DNA from: a bacterium
GTDB lineage: Bacteria > UBA8248
Length of the DNA stretch: 64,000 nucleotides
Direction: 5' to 3'
Assembly (NCBI GenBank): GCA_963692865.2
Contig: OY843592.1
Coordinates: 2,240,001 to 2,304,000, forward strand
The position numbers were made by a program, and so were the translations under genes. Every line of letters starts with the position of its first letter. Position 1 is the first letter of the stretch. The notes beneath the pieces were generated by a model that worked only from the letters and a program-made list of their open reading frames with translations, did no database searches and was not told the DNA's origin. Below are positions 48,813 through 57,793 of the stretch, one piece after another.

Positions 48813-50726
48813 ATGCGCGAAGACGGAATGCGCGATTTGGCGGAGGAGATATCGCCGGACGAGTTCGACGAGATCCGCTATCCGCGCCCCGGAGCGACTG
48901 ACTTTGAGTTGCTCGTCGATAAGATGATCTCCCGGCGGGGCTTCCTGGGCAAGGGGGCCGCCTTCGCCGCGGCGGCGTTCGTCATGAGCGCGGGCGGTTT
49001 GGATCCGCTCTCCGCGTTTGCGAACTCGACTCGCTTCGGCTTCGAGGCCGTGCCGGCCAATACGCTTGATACCATCACCGTGCCCAGGGGCTACAGCTGG
49101 CGCGTCGTCGCCCGCTGGGGCGACCCCATGTGGACGCGAGGATCTGAGTTCGACCACGCCACGCGCGGCACGGGCGCGAGCCAGGAGCTCGCCTTCGGCG
49201 ACAACAACGACGGCATGTCGCTCTTTCAGGCGGGCGGCAGGAACGTCCTCGCCGTGAACAACGAGTACGTGAACATCGACATCATCCACGGCGGCAGGGG
49301 CGGCGGAAAGCCCGCGACGGCCGACGACGTGCGAAAGAGCAAGGCGGCGCACGGGGTGTCGATTATGGAAATCGCGCAAAAGGGCGGCAAATGGTCGATC
49401 GTCAAGGATTCGGCCTACAACAGGAAAATAACGCCCGACACGCCGATGGAGATCACCGGCCCCGCCCGGGGCCACGCCCTCATGAAGACGGCCGCGGATC
49501 CCAAGGGCGTGCGCAGCCTCGGCACCTGGAACAACTGCGGAAACGGCGCGACGCCCTGGGGGACGTATCTCTCGTGCGAGGAGAATTTTCACGGCTATTT
49601 CTCATCGAGCGATCCCGGGATAAAGGTTTCGGCCGAGTTCAAGCGCTACGGCGTCGGCGCCAAGGGCCGGGGATACGGCTGGGAGATGACGGACGAGCGC
49701 TTCGACATCGCCAAACACGCAAACGAGCCCAACCGCGCGGGCTACATCGTCGAGATCGACCCGCTCAAGCCTGAGTCCACCCCCAAAAAGCGCACCGCGC
49801 TCGGGCGCTTCAAGCACGAGAACGCCGAGGTCGTCCTCGCCGCGAACGGCCAGGTGGTCGTCTACATGGGAGACGACGAGCGCGGGGAGTTCATCTACAA
49901 GTTCGTGAGCGCGGGCCGCTACGCGGAGGGCGGCGACAACTCGAACCTGCTGGAGACGGGCAAGCTCTACGCGGCGAAATTCAAGGAGGACGGCCGGGGC
50001 GAGTGGCTGGAGCTTACGCCCGAATCCACCGGCATGGCCTCACAGGCGGAAGTCTGCATCTATACGCGGGTCGCGGCCTCGGCCGTCAAGGCCACCACGA
50101 TGGACCGCGCCGAGTGGGTGGCGGCGAACCCCAGGAAGGCGGAAGTCTACTGCTGCCTCACCAACAACAAGAACCGGGGCGTGAAGCCCAACAAGGGCGG
50201 CGACCCCACGCCCGTCGGCGGGCCGAACCCCCGGGCGAAGAACCGCTACGGGCAGATCGTCCGCTGGGCGCCGGATGGGGGCGATCATCTCGCAAGCGCC
50301 TTCTCGTGGGACCTCTACGTGATCGCGGGCAACCCCGCCGTCCACAAGGGCGCGAACGCGGGTTCCAAGAACGTGACGCCGGACAACATGTTCAACTCCC
50401 CCGACGGCCTCGCCTTCGACGGGAAAGGGATGCTGTGGATCCAGACCGACGGCGACTACACGAACACGAAGGGTTTCGCGGGCCAGGGCAACAACCAGAT
50501 GCTCGTGGGCGATCCGGTGACGGGCGAGATACGCCGCTTCATGGTGGGACCCAGGCAGTGCGAGGTCACCGGCATCGAGTGGAGCGCGGACGGGCGTACC
50601 ATGTTCGTGGGTATCCAGCATCCGGGCGAAAAAGGCGGCGACAGCCGTTTCCCGGACGGCGGCGACGCCACGCCGCGCTCGGCGGTGGTCGCCATCACGC
50701 GCGACGACGGGGGCGTTATCGGCTGA
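48813..50726 (+). CDS. phoX: PhoX family alkaline phosphatase (Tat-exported)
   Basis: Tat motif SRRGFL; GDNNDGM, VNNEY, NCGNG.TPWGTYLSCEEN, LGRFKHE, GDDE, SPDGL, QTDG and GIQHPG. Start could instead be 48828. Confidence 0.95.
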   Translation: MREDGMRDLAEEISPDEFDEIRYPRPGATDFELLVDKMISRRGFLGKGAAFAAAAFVMSAGGLDPLSAFANSTRFGFEAVPANTLDTITVPRGYSWRVVARWGDPMWTRGSEFDHATRGTGASQELAFGDNNDGMSLFQAGGRNVLAVNNEYVNIDIIHGGRGGGKPATADDVRKSKAAHGVSIMEIAQKGGKWSIVKDSAYNRKITPDTPMEITGPARGHALMKTAADPKGVRSLGTWNNCGNGATPWGTYLSCEENFHGYFSSSDPGIKVSAEFKRYGVGAKGRGYGWEMTDERFDIAKHANEPNRAGYIVEIDPLKPESTPKKRTALGRFKHENAEVVLAANGQVVVYMGDDERGEFIYKFVSAGRYAEGGDNSNLLETGKLYAAKFKEDGRGEWLELTPESTGMASQAEVCIYTRVAASAVKATTMDRAEWVAANPRKAEVYCCLTNNKNRGVKPNKGGDPTPVGGPNPRAKNRYGQIVRWAPDGGDHLASAFSWDLYVIAGNPAVHKGANAGSKNVTPDNMFNSPDGLAFDGKGMLWIQTDGDYTNTKGFAGQGNNQMLVGDPVTGEIRRFMVGPRQCEVTGIEWSADGRTMFVGIQHPGEKGGDSRFPDGGDATPRSAVVAITRDDGGVIG

Positions 50727-50790
50727 ACGCTTTTCGATACCCGGCAGCACGACGCATCGCATCCCATATTAATCGCCTCATCCCCTTGCT

Positions 50791-51480
50791 GGGGTTGTTG
50801 AAAAAGCCTGTTTGCGTGATTCGGCGCATGTAATCGACAGACGAGATAGAAGATTTACTCCCCCCTTGAGGGGGAGTCAGCAAGACGAGGGCGAAGCCTG
50901 AAGTCGCGCTGGTGGGGGGAGTTTTTTCAGTGGCATGTCCCCCCACCGAATCGGCCTTCGTCCAAAGGACCCGGCCTCTTCGTCTGGCTTTCCCCTCGGG
51001 AAGCCAGACCCGCAAGGGGGGAGTGAAATTCGGTGCGCTTCTTCTGTGGACTTTTTCAACATCCCCTCATCACTCGCTTTTGACTCCCTGAGCAACTCAC
51101 CGTCCCGCTTCACCCCGAGTAGCCGCCGGAGGCGGCGTATCGAAGGGCGAGGGGAGTCGAACGCCTCGCGCCGGGGCGAGAGGGCATCCTTCGATACGCG
51201 GCTTCGCCGCTACTCAGGATGAGGTGGCCGGGGAGGATGCTGCGCACCGAATCATACAATCAGGACTTTTTCACCAACCCCGAGGTGCGAGTGTTTGACG
51301 CGACTGACGAAGGAGCGTTTGCGCGCCTCTCATCCTTCGATAGAAACGCTCCTTTTTCAGTCGCGTTTGACCTCCGACGCCTATTCAGGATGAGGGTGGA
51401 GTTGCGGGCGTGGTTTGCAGGGCCTGCTCGGGACGGGGGATGGGTGAATTCCGACCGAGGATGATTTTTTCAACAACCCC
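50791..51480. repeat. Nested MITE/REP mosaic with one left TIR and three right TIR-like ends
   Basis: GGGGTTGTTGAAAAAG at 50791; right ends finish at 51066, 51281 and 51480. Contains copies of the 6.5 kb, 23.8 kb and 31.4 kb units. Confidence 0.8.
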
Positions 51481-51575
51481 CTTGCGGGCGGGGCGTTTTT
51501 TTTCGCAAACTTGGGCGCGATAGGAAAACGCCTGGTTTCGGGTTCATGCAACACGGAGCAAAGGACGCGCGCGGA

Positions 51576-52664
51576 ATGGAAAACGGCAAGCAGCCCATCG
51601 AATACGCCTGGTACCTGCCCTCGAACCAGAGGGGCGACGCCACCCGCCTCGGCACGGGAGAGGTGGAGATACCGCCCGAGATCGACTATCTCGTCCACGT
51701 CGCGAAGACGGCGGAGGCGAGCGGACTCACCAACATGCTCATCCCGTGCAACACCTCGTGCTCGGACGGCTGGCTCCTCGCTTCTGCGATCGCCCGCGAA
51801 ACGCAGAGTATAAAATTCTGCGTCGCCATCCGGCCCGGCCTCACCACGCCGACCTTCGCCGTTCAGCAGGCGAACACGCTCGATTTCATCTCGGGCGGCA
51901 GATTGACGGTGAACGTCGTGCCCGGCGGATCCTCGGTGGACGCGCGCCGCTACGGGGACTGGGCGGATCACGACGGGCGCTACGAGCGCGCCGATGAGTT
52001 TCTGGACATCGTGCGCGCCTTCTGGGCGGATGACGACCGGGTGAACTACGAGGGGGCGCACTACCGGGTGGAGGACGGCTTCGTCTTCCCCGGCCCCGCG
52101 CGGCCGGGCGGGCCGCCGCTTTATTTCGGGGGAAGCTCGCCCGCGGCCAAGAAGGTAATCGCCAAGCACGCCGACGTTTTTCTCAAGTGGGGCGAACCCC
52201 CCTGGCAGATCGCCGAGGAATACGAGGAGGTGAAGCAGATGGCGCGCGAGGCGCATGGCCGCGAGTTGAGACTCGGCGTGCGCTTCCACATCCTCGTGCG
52301 CGAGGACGACGCGCAGGCGAAGGAGGAGGCCGAGGCCATCATCGCGGGCACGGCCTCCTACGGGGAGAGCTCCTCGGTCACCGGCCAGGTGGCCGGGCAA
52401 GTGGAGTCCGTCTCCCAGCAGCGCATGAACGCCATGACGGCGGAGGGGAAGCTCTGGCACGGCCCGGCGCTTTTCTCGGGCATCAACCTCGTGCGGCAGG
52501 GGGCGGGCACCATGCTGGTGGGCAGCCCCGGGGTGGTGGCCGACGCCATGCGCGAATACATCGAAGTCGGCGCGACCACGTTCATTCTATCCGGCTGGCC
52601 GCATGACCAGGAGGCGCGTAATTTCGGGAAATACCTTCTGCCGCTGTTGCCGGAGGCGGTGTGA
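51576..52664 (+). CDS. LLM-class flavin-dependent monooxygenase (SsuD/MsuD-like)
   Basis: Motifs WYLP, AE..G...MLIP, VAIRPG, TLD.ISGGRL.VNVV.G, LYFGGSSPAA, WGEP, LVGSP and FILSG.PH. Confidence 0.9.
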   Translation: MENGKQPIEYAWYLPSNQRGDATRLGTGEVEIPPEIDYLVHVAKTAEASGLTNMLIPCNTSCSDGWLLASAIARETQSIKFCVAIRPGLTTPTFAVQQANTLDFISGGRLTVNVVPGGSSVDARRYGDWADHDGRYERADEFLDIVRAFWADDDRVNYEGAHYRVEDGFVFPGPARPGGPPLYFGGSSPAAKKVIAKHADVFLKWGEPPWQIAEEYEEVKQMAREAHGRELRLGVRFHILVREDDAQAKEEAEAIIAGTASYGESSSVTGQVAGQVESVSQQRMNAMTAEGKLWHGPALFSGINLVRQGAGTMLVGSPGVVADAMREYIEVGATTFILSGWPHDQEARNFGKYLLPLLPEAV

Positions 52665-52670
52665 GGATTT

Positions 52671-53070
52671 TGTAGGGGCGGACCTATGTGTCCGCCCTGG
52701 TTATGGCGAAGAAATTTGCAGGGGCGGTTCGCGAACCGCTCCTACGGGTGGTGGCGACCAACGCACGAGGACAGGCACGGGGGCCTGTCCCTACGGTTTC
52801 GTATTCCCTATGCGCCAGAATTGGAAATCGCCGTCATTCCGGCGAAAGCCGGAATCCAGAGCAGACGGGGATACCGAATCGCAGGACGACCAAGAAAAAC
52901 GATAAGGCCAGAAAAGACAAATACAAAATCAAAGTCCCTGGATTCCGGCATACGCCGGAATGACGACAAACATCATTGGGGAAGTTGGTTTTGTAGGGGA
53001 GAACCTATGTGTTCTCCCGTGCGGAGGTGGATGTCATGAAATTGGGCGGACACACAGGTCCGCCCCTACG
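52671..53070. repeat. BIME/REPIN-like cluster
   Basis: GTAGGGGCGGACCTATGTGTCCGCCC, GGACAGGCACGGGGGCCTGTCCCTAC, a GTCATTCCGG doublet near 52832-52965, and GGGCGGACACACAGGTCCGCCCCTAC. Confidence 0.82.
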
Positions 53071-53106
53071 AGAATCGCAATCGCTCCTTCTTCAGTCGCG
53101 ATTGAC

Positions 53107-54054
53107 CTACCTCTCAATCAAAATATCCCCCGAAATCGACGCCAGATCCTTGCAACCCGCGAGTACCATGGACTTTTCGAGTTCGAACTGCATGAGTTCG
53201 AGCATCTCTGCCACGCCCGCGGGCCCGCCCGCGAACAGGCCGAGCACGAGCGCCCGGCCCGAGGTGACGCCCCTGGCGCCGCGGGCGAGGAGTTTCAGCA
53301 CGTCGTCGCCTCTGCGGACGCCGCTTTCGGCCAGCACGAGCACGTCGTCTCCCACGGCGTCCGCGACTTCGGGCAGGATTTCCATGGGATGCGCCCAGGA
53401 GGGCCCGTGCGCGCCCCCGTGCGTGGTGACGATGACCGCCGCGGCCCCTGCGTCGCGCGCGATGCGCGCGGAATCGGCGGAACCCACCGCCTTGAAGACG
53501 AAGGGAAGCCCCGTGGCCTTCACGTAGCCCTCGAGCGCGTCCGCTCTCTGGGGTTCGCATTCGGGGTTGTAGAAGCCGGACTCGAAATCCATGCCCACGG
53601 CGAAAGCGCCGGTGTCTTCGGCGAGTTTCAAGGACGTAAGCGTGCGCCGCCTGTCGCGCCAGGGCTTCACGATGCGGATAGCGGAGGGAAAGGCGGCGGC
53701 CGCCTCGCGCCAAGCGTCGTCCGTGCAGTCGCCTATCCAGTACTGCGTCCCGAAGTGCGCCGCGCCCTCCGCGACCTGGAGGAACCCGTCCGCCCAGTGG
53801 GCCGCCAGCGTGTTCGCGCTCATCGAACCCGTCATGATGGGGGTTTTGAGCTTCTTGCCGAGGAAGTCGAATTCGGTGTCCGCCGTATCGGTGAGCATCA
53901 GGCGCATCCTGAGGCCGAAGCGCGCAAAGCCGGCGAGCGCGGTCTGCGTGCCGGGCAGGTCGGGACCCAGGATGTCGTAGGGATTCCCTAAGCCCGATTT
54001 TTCCAGGTTCTCACGCGCCCGCTCATAAATCTCCCGATACGCCGCCTCCGTCAT
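53107..54054 (-). CDS. FMN-dependent alpha-hydroxy-acid dehydrogenase family protein (divergent)
   Basis: Motifs FLG..L.TPIMT, LPFVFK, THGG, ESGVRRGDDVLK.LARGA, GR and EL...M.LAG. Confidence 0.8.
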   Translation of the reverse strand: MTEAAYREIYERARENLEKSGLGNPYDILGPDLPGTQTALAGFARFGLRMRLMLTDTADTEFDFLGKKLKTPIMTGSMSANTLAAHWADGFLQVAEGAAHFGTQYWIGDCTDDAWREAAAAFPSAIRIVKPWRDRRRTLTSLKLAEDTGAFAVGMDFESGFYNPECEPQRADALEGYVKATGLPFVFKAVGSADSARIARDAGAAAVIVTTHGGAHGPSWAHPMEILPEVADAVGDDVLVLAESGVRRGDDVLKLLARGARGVTSGRALVLGLFAGGPAGVAEMLELMQFELEKSMVLAGCKDLASISGDILIER

Positions 54055-54211
54055 CTCCGCTTCTCCTTTCTCGCCAAAAACAAGAAATTTCAGGTTCCCG
54101 CCCGCTCTGCCGGCGTTTGGCGGATTCGCGCCCCTGGGCTATCATTCCGCCCAAAAGATTCTTGGACGACAACCCACATCGCCGTTCGGACATCCCGAGG
54201 AGGACATCGCC

Positions 54212-54520
54212 ATGATGATGGTCATTCTACACTATCCCGCCGTCGCGCCCACGCTCGCCGAGGTCCGCGCGGACAAGGAGCAGGCCGCCGCCTTTTTCGA
54301 GAACGAGGTGCCCGGCCTCATCGACAAGACCTGGGGCATGAACGAGGAGACGGGCCGCATGGCGTCGGTCTACCACTTCGAGGACAAGGCCACCGCCGAC
54401 GCCTGGTTCAATTCCGAGAAGCAGCGCAGCTTTCGCCGGGCGAACAACGCGAGCCTCGAATACTTCGACGTGGCCGCCATCGCGTTCACGAAGCCGCTGC
54501 GGGAAGAGGAGACGGCGTAG
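54212..54520 (+). CDS. YdhR-like dimeric alpha-beta barrel protein (putative monooxygenase)
   Basis: GAGGAGG RBS; VPGLIDKTW..NEETG...SVY.FED and YFDV. Confidence 0.75.
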   Translation: MMMVILHYPAVAPTLAEVRADKEQAAAFFENEVPGLIDKTWGMNEETGRMASVYHFEDKATADAWFNSEKQRSFRRANNASLEYFDVAAIAFTKPLREEETA

Positions 54521-54686
54521 GGTTCGTAGGGGCGGAGCTTCTTGGGATAGCGAACCCGGGAAAAGAGAGGTTGCTCCTTGTTGACGTGCTCCCGCGTACA
54601 TGCCCGAAGATTGTTACGCCTTGGTTCGAAGTTTCAAAGCCTTCGATTGAGCGCCGTATCCAAGAAATTCCAGATGGAAAGCATGG

Positions 54687-55943
54687 ATGATTACACTTGT
54701 TGAAGCTCTGAATTATCGCTGTTTGCGGTATGTGTCGAGACCCCTCGATCCGTTTCACGTTCTGGTCGGTCCAAACGCCAGCGGCAAGACGACCTTTCTC
54801 GACGTCGTCGGTTTTCTTCGGGATCTGGTAGCCGAGGGATTGGATGAGGCGTTATCCGGCCGAACCACGAACCCGGAGGAACTCCTCTTTCGGCGTCAGG
54901 GAGAGAAGCTGGAACTTGCCGTCGAGGCCCTTATCCCCGATGAGTTGCGCGAGCAGACGGCGAAACCGGAAATGGGCACGGCGCGTTATGAAGTGGCCGT
55001 CGGTTTCGACGAAACAAAGCGCCAGTTCGAGTTCAAGGCCGAGAAGTTCCTGCTCAAGAAAACTCAGGCCAAAGAACCACCCCAACATTCGCTATTCCCC
55101 ATGCCTCAAGACGCGCCGGTGTCGCTTCTGACGAAAAGCGGATCGAATTACAAAACGGTTGTCAATAAAGTGCCGGGGGGGAATGATAATTTTTACAGCG
55201 AAGTTTACCATCGGAGTGGAAGGGGCTGGACCCCCTCGTTCAAGCTCGGACCGCAAAAATCGGCTCTCGGCAATCTTCCAGCGGACGCAAAGACCCTCCC
55301 GGTAGCTTCGTGGTTTCGAGAATATCTGAGTACCGGTGTGCAGCAGTTTATTCTGAACAGCCTCGCGATCAGACAACCCAGCCCGCCTACCCGGGTTACC
55401 GGTTTTTTGCCCAATGGGTCGAATTTGCCCTGGGTGGTCGCCCGTCTGCGGCAAGAAAACAAAGACAGGCATGGTGACTGGATCGCGCACCTTCGGACGG
55501 CGCTCGACGATCTCGTAGACATCACGACCATTGAGCGTCCGGAGGACAAACATTGCTATATGGTCTATGAGTATATGGGTGGTTTGAAAGTGCCTTCCTG
55601 GATGGTGTCCGACGGCACGCTCCGGCTGACGGCGCTGACCTTGCCTGCTTACCTCGACGAGCTCAAAGGAATCTATTTGATCGAAGAGCCGGAAAACGGC
55701 ATCCACCCACGCGCCGTGGCGACAGTTTATGACTCCCTCTCCTCGGTGTATTCGGCCCAGGTGCTGCTGGCGACTCATTCACCGGTGGTCTTGAGCGAAG
55801 CCGAAATTGACGACGTGCTGTGCTTCGCCAAGGATGATACGGGAGCGACGGATATCGTTCTCGGTTCCAACCATCCCAAGCTACAGCAGTGGCACGGAGA
55901 AGCCGATCTTGGGACTTTGCTCGCCTCAGGGGTTTTGGGTTGA
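54687..55943 (+). CDS. mad3: AAA_21 / ABC-type ATPase resembling MADS defence protein MAD3
   Basis: NYRCLR, Walker A GPNASGKT, GSNLPW, signature VSDGTLRL, Walker B LIEEPENGIHP and LATHSP; lower GC than the flanks. Family name recalled, not searched. Confidence 0.7.
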   Translation: MITLVEALNYRCLRYVSRPLDPFHVLVGPNASGKTTFLDVVGFLRDLVAEGLDEALSGRTTNPEELLFRRQGEKLELAVEALIPDELREQTAKPEMGTARYEVAVGFDETKRQFEFKAEKFLLKKTQAKEPPQHSLFPMPQDAPVSLLTKSGSNYKTVVNKVPGGNDNFYSEVYHRSGRGWTPSFKLGPQKSALGNLPADAKTLPVASWFREYLSTGVQQFILNSLAIRQPSPPTRVTGFLPNGSNLPWVVARLRQENKDRHGDWIAHLRTALDDLVDITTIERPEDKHCYMVYEYMGGLKVPSWMVSDGTLRLTALTLPAYLDELKGIYLIEEPENGIHPRAVATVYDSLSSVYSAQVLLATHSPVVLSEAEIDDVLCFAKDDTGATDIVLGSNHPKLQQWHGEADLGTLLASGVLG

Positions 55944-56551
55944 AAGACCTGGTCATTGTCGTTGCCAACAAAAACCTGGAACATGCCCTGAACGGATTGC
56001 TTTCCAGGCCGGAGGCATTGGGCATCCGGGCCGTCGAAGCGGATATCTACCGACATCCGCAACACGATCCCGGCTGTGCGGCGCACGGTGTTGAATTCAT
56101 TTCCAATTTCGCCGGGCAGTATCGCTACGGTTTGCTCATGTTCGATCATGAAGGAAGTGGAAAGGAGGAAACTACTCCCCAGGCGTTGCAAGAAAGCCTG
56201 AATGAGAGTTTCGCCATATCGGCATGGCTCGAACGGGCCAAGGCTATTGTAATTTTTCCTGAGCTTGAGGTGTGGATTTGGGCCAACTCTCCGCACGTCG
56301 ACGAAGTGGCCGGTTGGCGAGGCCGGGACCCCGACCTTCGCCGCTGGTTGGTCGATCAAGGCTATTGGCAAGAGGGCGAGGTCAAACCTTTGCGGCCCAA
56401 AGAGGCTTTTGAAGCGGCCTTGCGGGAAGCGCAAAAACCTCGCAGCGCTTCCTTGTATCTCCAGATTGCGGAAAAGGTTTCCCTCCGCCGATGCGCGGAT
56501 ACGGCCTTCATGGAATTAAAAAGCATCCTGAGCAATTGGTTTCCTCCCTAG
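55940..56551 (+). CDS. mad4: ATPase-partner protein resembling MAD4 (TOPRIM / DUF4276-like)
   Basis: TTG start overlaps the ATPase TGA. Motifs KDLVIVVA.KN, LL.RPEALGIR, HPQHDPGC, MFDHEG, PELEVW.W, RPKEAFE.AL and C.DTAF. Confidence 0.65.
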   Translation: MKDLVIVVANKNLEHALNGLLSRPEALGIRAVEADIYRHPQHDPGCAAHGVEFISNFAGQYRYGLLMFDHEGSGKEETTPQALQESLNESFAISAWLERAKAIVIFPELEVWIWANSPHVDEVAGWRGRDPDLRRWLVDQGYWQEGEVKPLRPKEAFEAALREAQKPRSASLYLQIAEKVSLRRCADTAFMELKSILSNWFPP

Positions 56552-56686
56552 GAAAAAATTCAACGAGAGGTCGATATGGCAACAAAATATTCGCGGAAGC
56601 CCAGTCATGCCTCCGGGAGGGAAATCATGAAAGATGTATGGAAGAACAAAACGACCGGCGTCTGTGTCAGGCGGCGTCCGGCGGCC

Positions 56687-57793
56687 ATGCGATGGCTCAT
56701 CGCATTGCTGCTCTTGGCGCTCTGCGCCGCGCCGGGATGGGCGGCGGTGCGGCGGACGGCGGCAGGCCCGGTTTCCGTCGAGAAGATGGCGGGGAACCTC
56801 GATACGCCCTGGGGGCTGGCGTTCCTGCCGGGCGGCGCGTTCCTGGTAACCGAGCGCGGGGGCGCGCTGTTTCACTTCGACGCCGAACGCCGGAGGACGA
56901 AAATCTCGGGCGTCCCGAAAGTCTACGCCTGGGGGCAGGGCGGACTGATGGACGTCGCCGCCGCAAGGAATTTTCCCGAAACCCGCGAGATTTTCCTCAC
57001 CTATTCGAAACCCCACCGACGCGGCGGCGGAGGCACGGCGCTGGCCGTCGCCGCGCTCTCGGCCGACAGCAGAAGGCTTGAGAACCTGCGCGTCATATTC
57101 GAGATGGCGGCGCCCTCCCGGGGAGGCCGGCATTTCGGCTCGCGGGTCGTGGAGGCGCCCGACGGCGCGCTTTTTCTCACGCTGGGCGAGCGGGGAGACC
57201 CCGATACGGCGCAGGACCTCTCCCTCCACCACGGCAAGATAATCCGGGTCCGGCGCGACGGGAGCGTTCCGCCGGACAACCCGTTCGTGGGAAAAGCGGG
57301 AGCGCGGCCTGAAATCTGGAGCCTGGGCCACAGGAACCCGCAGGGGGCGGCGCTCGACGCGGCGGGCGCGCTCTGGGCCGTCGAGCACGGCGCGCGGGGA
57401 GGGGACGAGATAAACCGGGTGAGGAAGGGCGCGAACTACGGCTGGCCCGTCATCGCCTACGGCCGCCACTACTGGGGCGGAAAAATCGGCGAGGGCCGCG
57501 CGAAAGAGGGAATGGAGCAGCCCGATTTCTACTGGGACCCCTCCATCGCGCCCTGCGGAATGGCCATCTATTCGGGGCGGCTCCGGCCGGCCTGGCGCGG
57601 GCATTTCTTCGTCGCCTCGCTGAAATACGACCATATCTCCCGCCTCGATCCCAAGGGCGGCTTCCGGGAGGTGGAGCGCATGGCGTTTCCCGAGACGGGC
57701 CGCGTGCGCGACGTGATCGAGGCGCCCGACGGGACGCTCTGGTTCCTCTCCGAGGAGCGGGAGGCGGTCTACAGGATCACGCCTTTGAGGTAG
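56687..57793 (+). CDS. PQQ-dependent sugar dehydrogenase (YliI/Asd, GSDH family)
   Basis: Signal peptide; PWGLAFLP, GQGGLMDV, HFGSR, GHRNPQG, EHG.RGGDEIN, NYGWP, SIAP.G and GRVRDV. Confidence 0.93.
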   Translation: MRWLIALLLLALCAAPGWAAVRRTAAGPVSVEKMAGNLDTPWGLAFLPGGAFLVTERGGALFHFDAERRRTKISGVPKVYAWGQGGLMDVAAARNFPETREIFLTYSKPHRRGGGGTALAVAALSADSRRLENLRVIFEMAAPSRGGRHFGSRVVEAPDGALFLTLGERGDPDTAQDLSLHHGKIIRVRRDGSVPPDNPFVGKAGARPEIWSLGHRNPQGAALDAAGALWAVEHGARGGDEINRVRKGANYGWPVIAYGRHYWGGKIGEGRAKEGMEQPDFYWDPSIAPCGMAIYSGRLRPAWRGHFFVASLKYDHISRLDPKGGFREVERMAFPETGRVRDVIEAPDGTLWFLSEEREAVYRITPLR

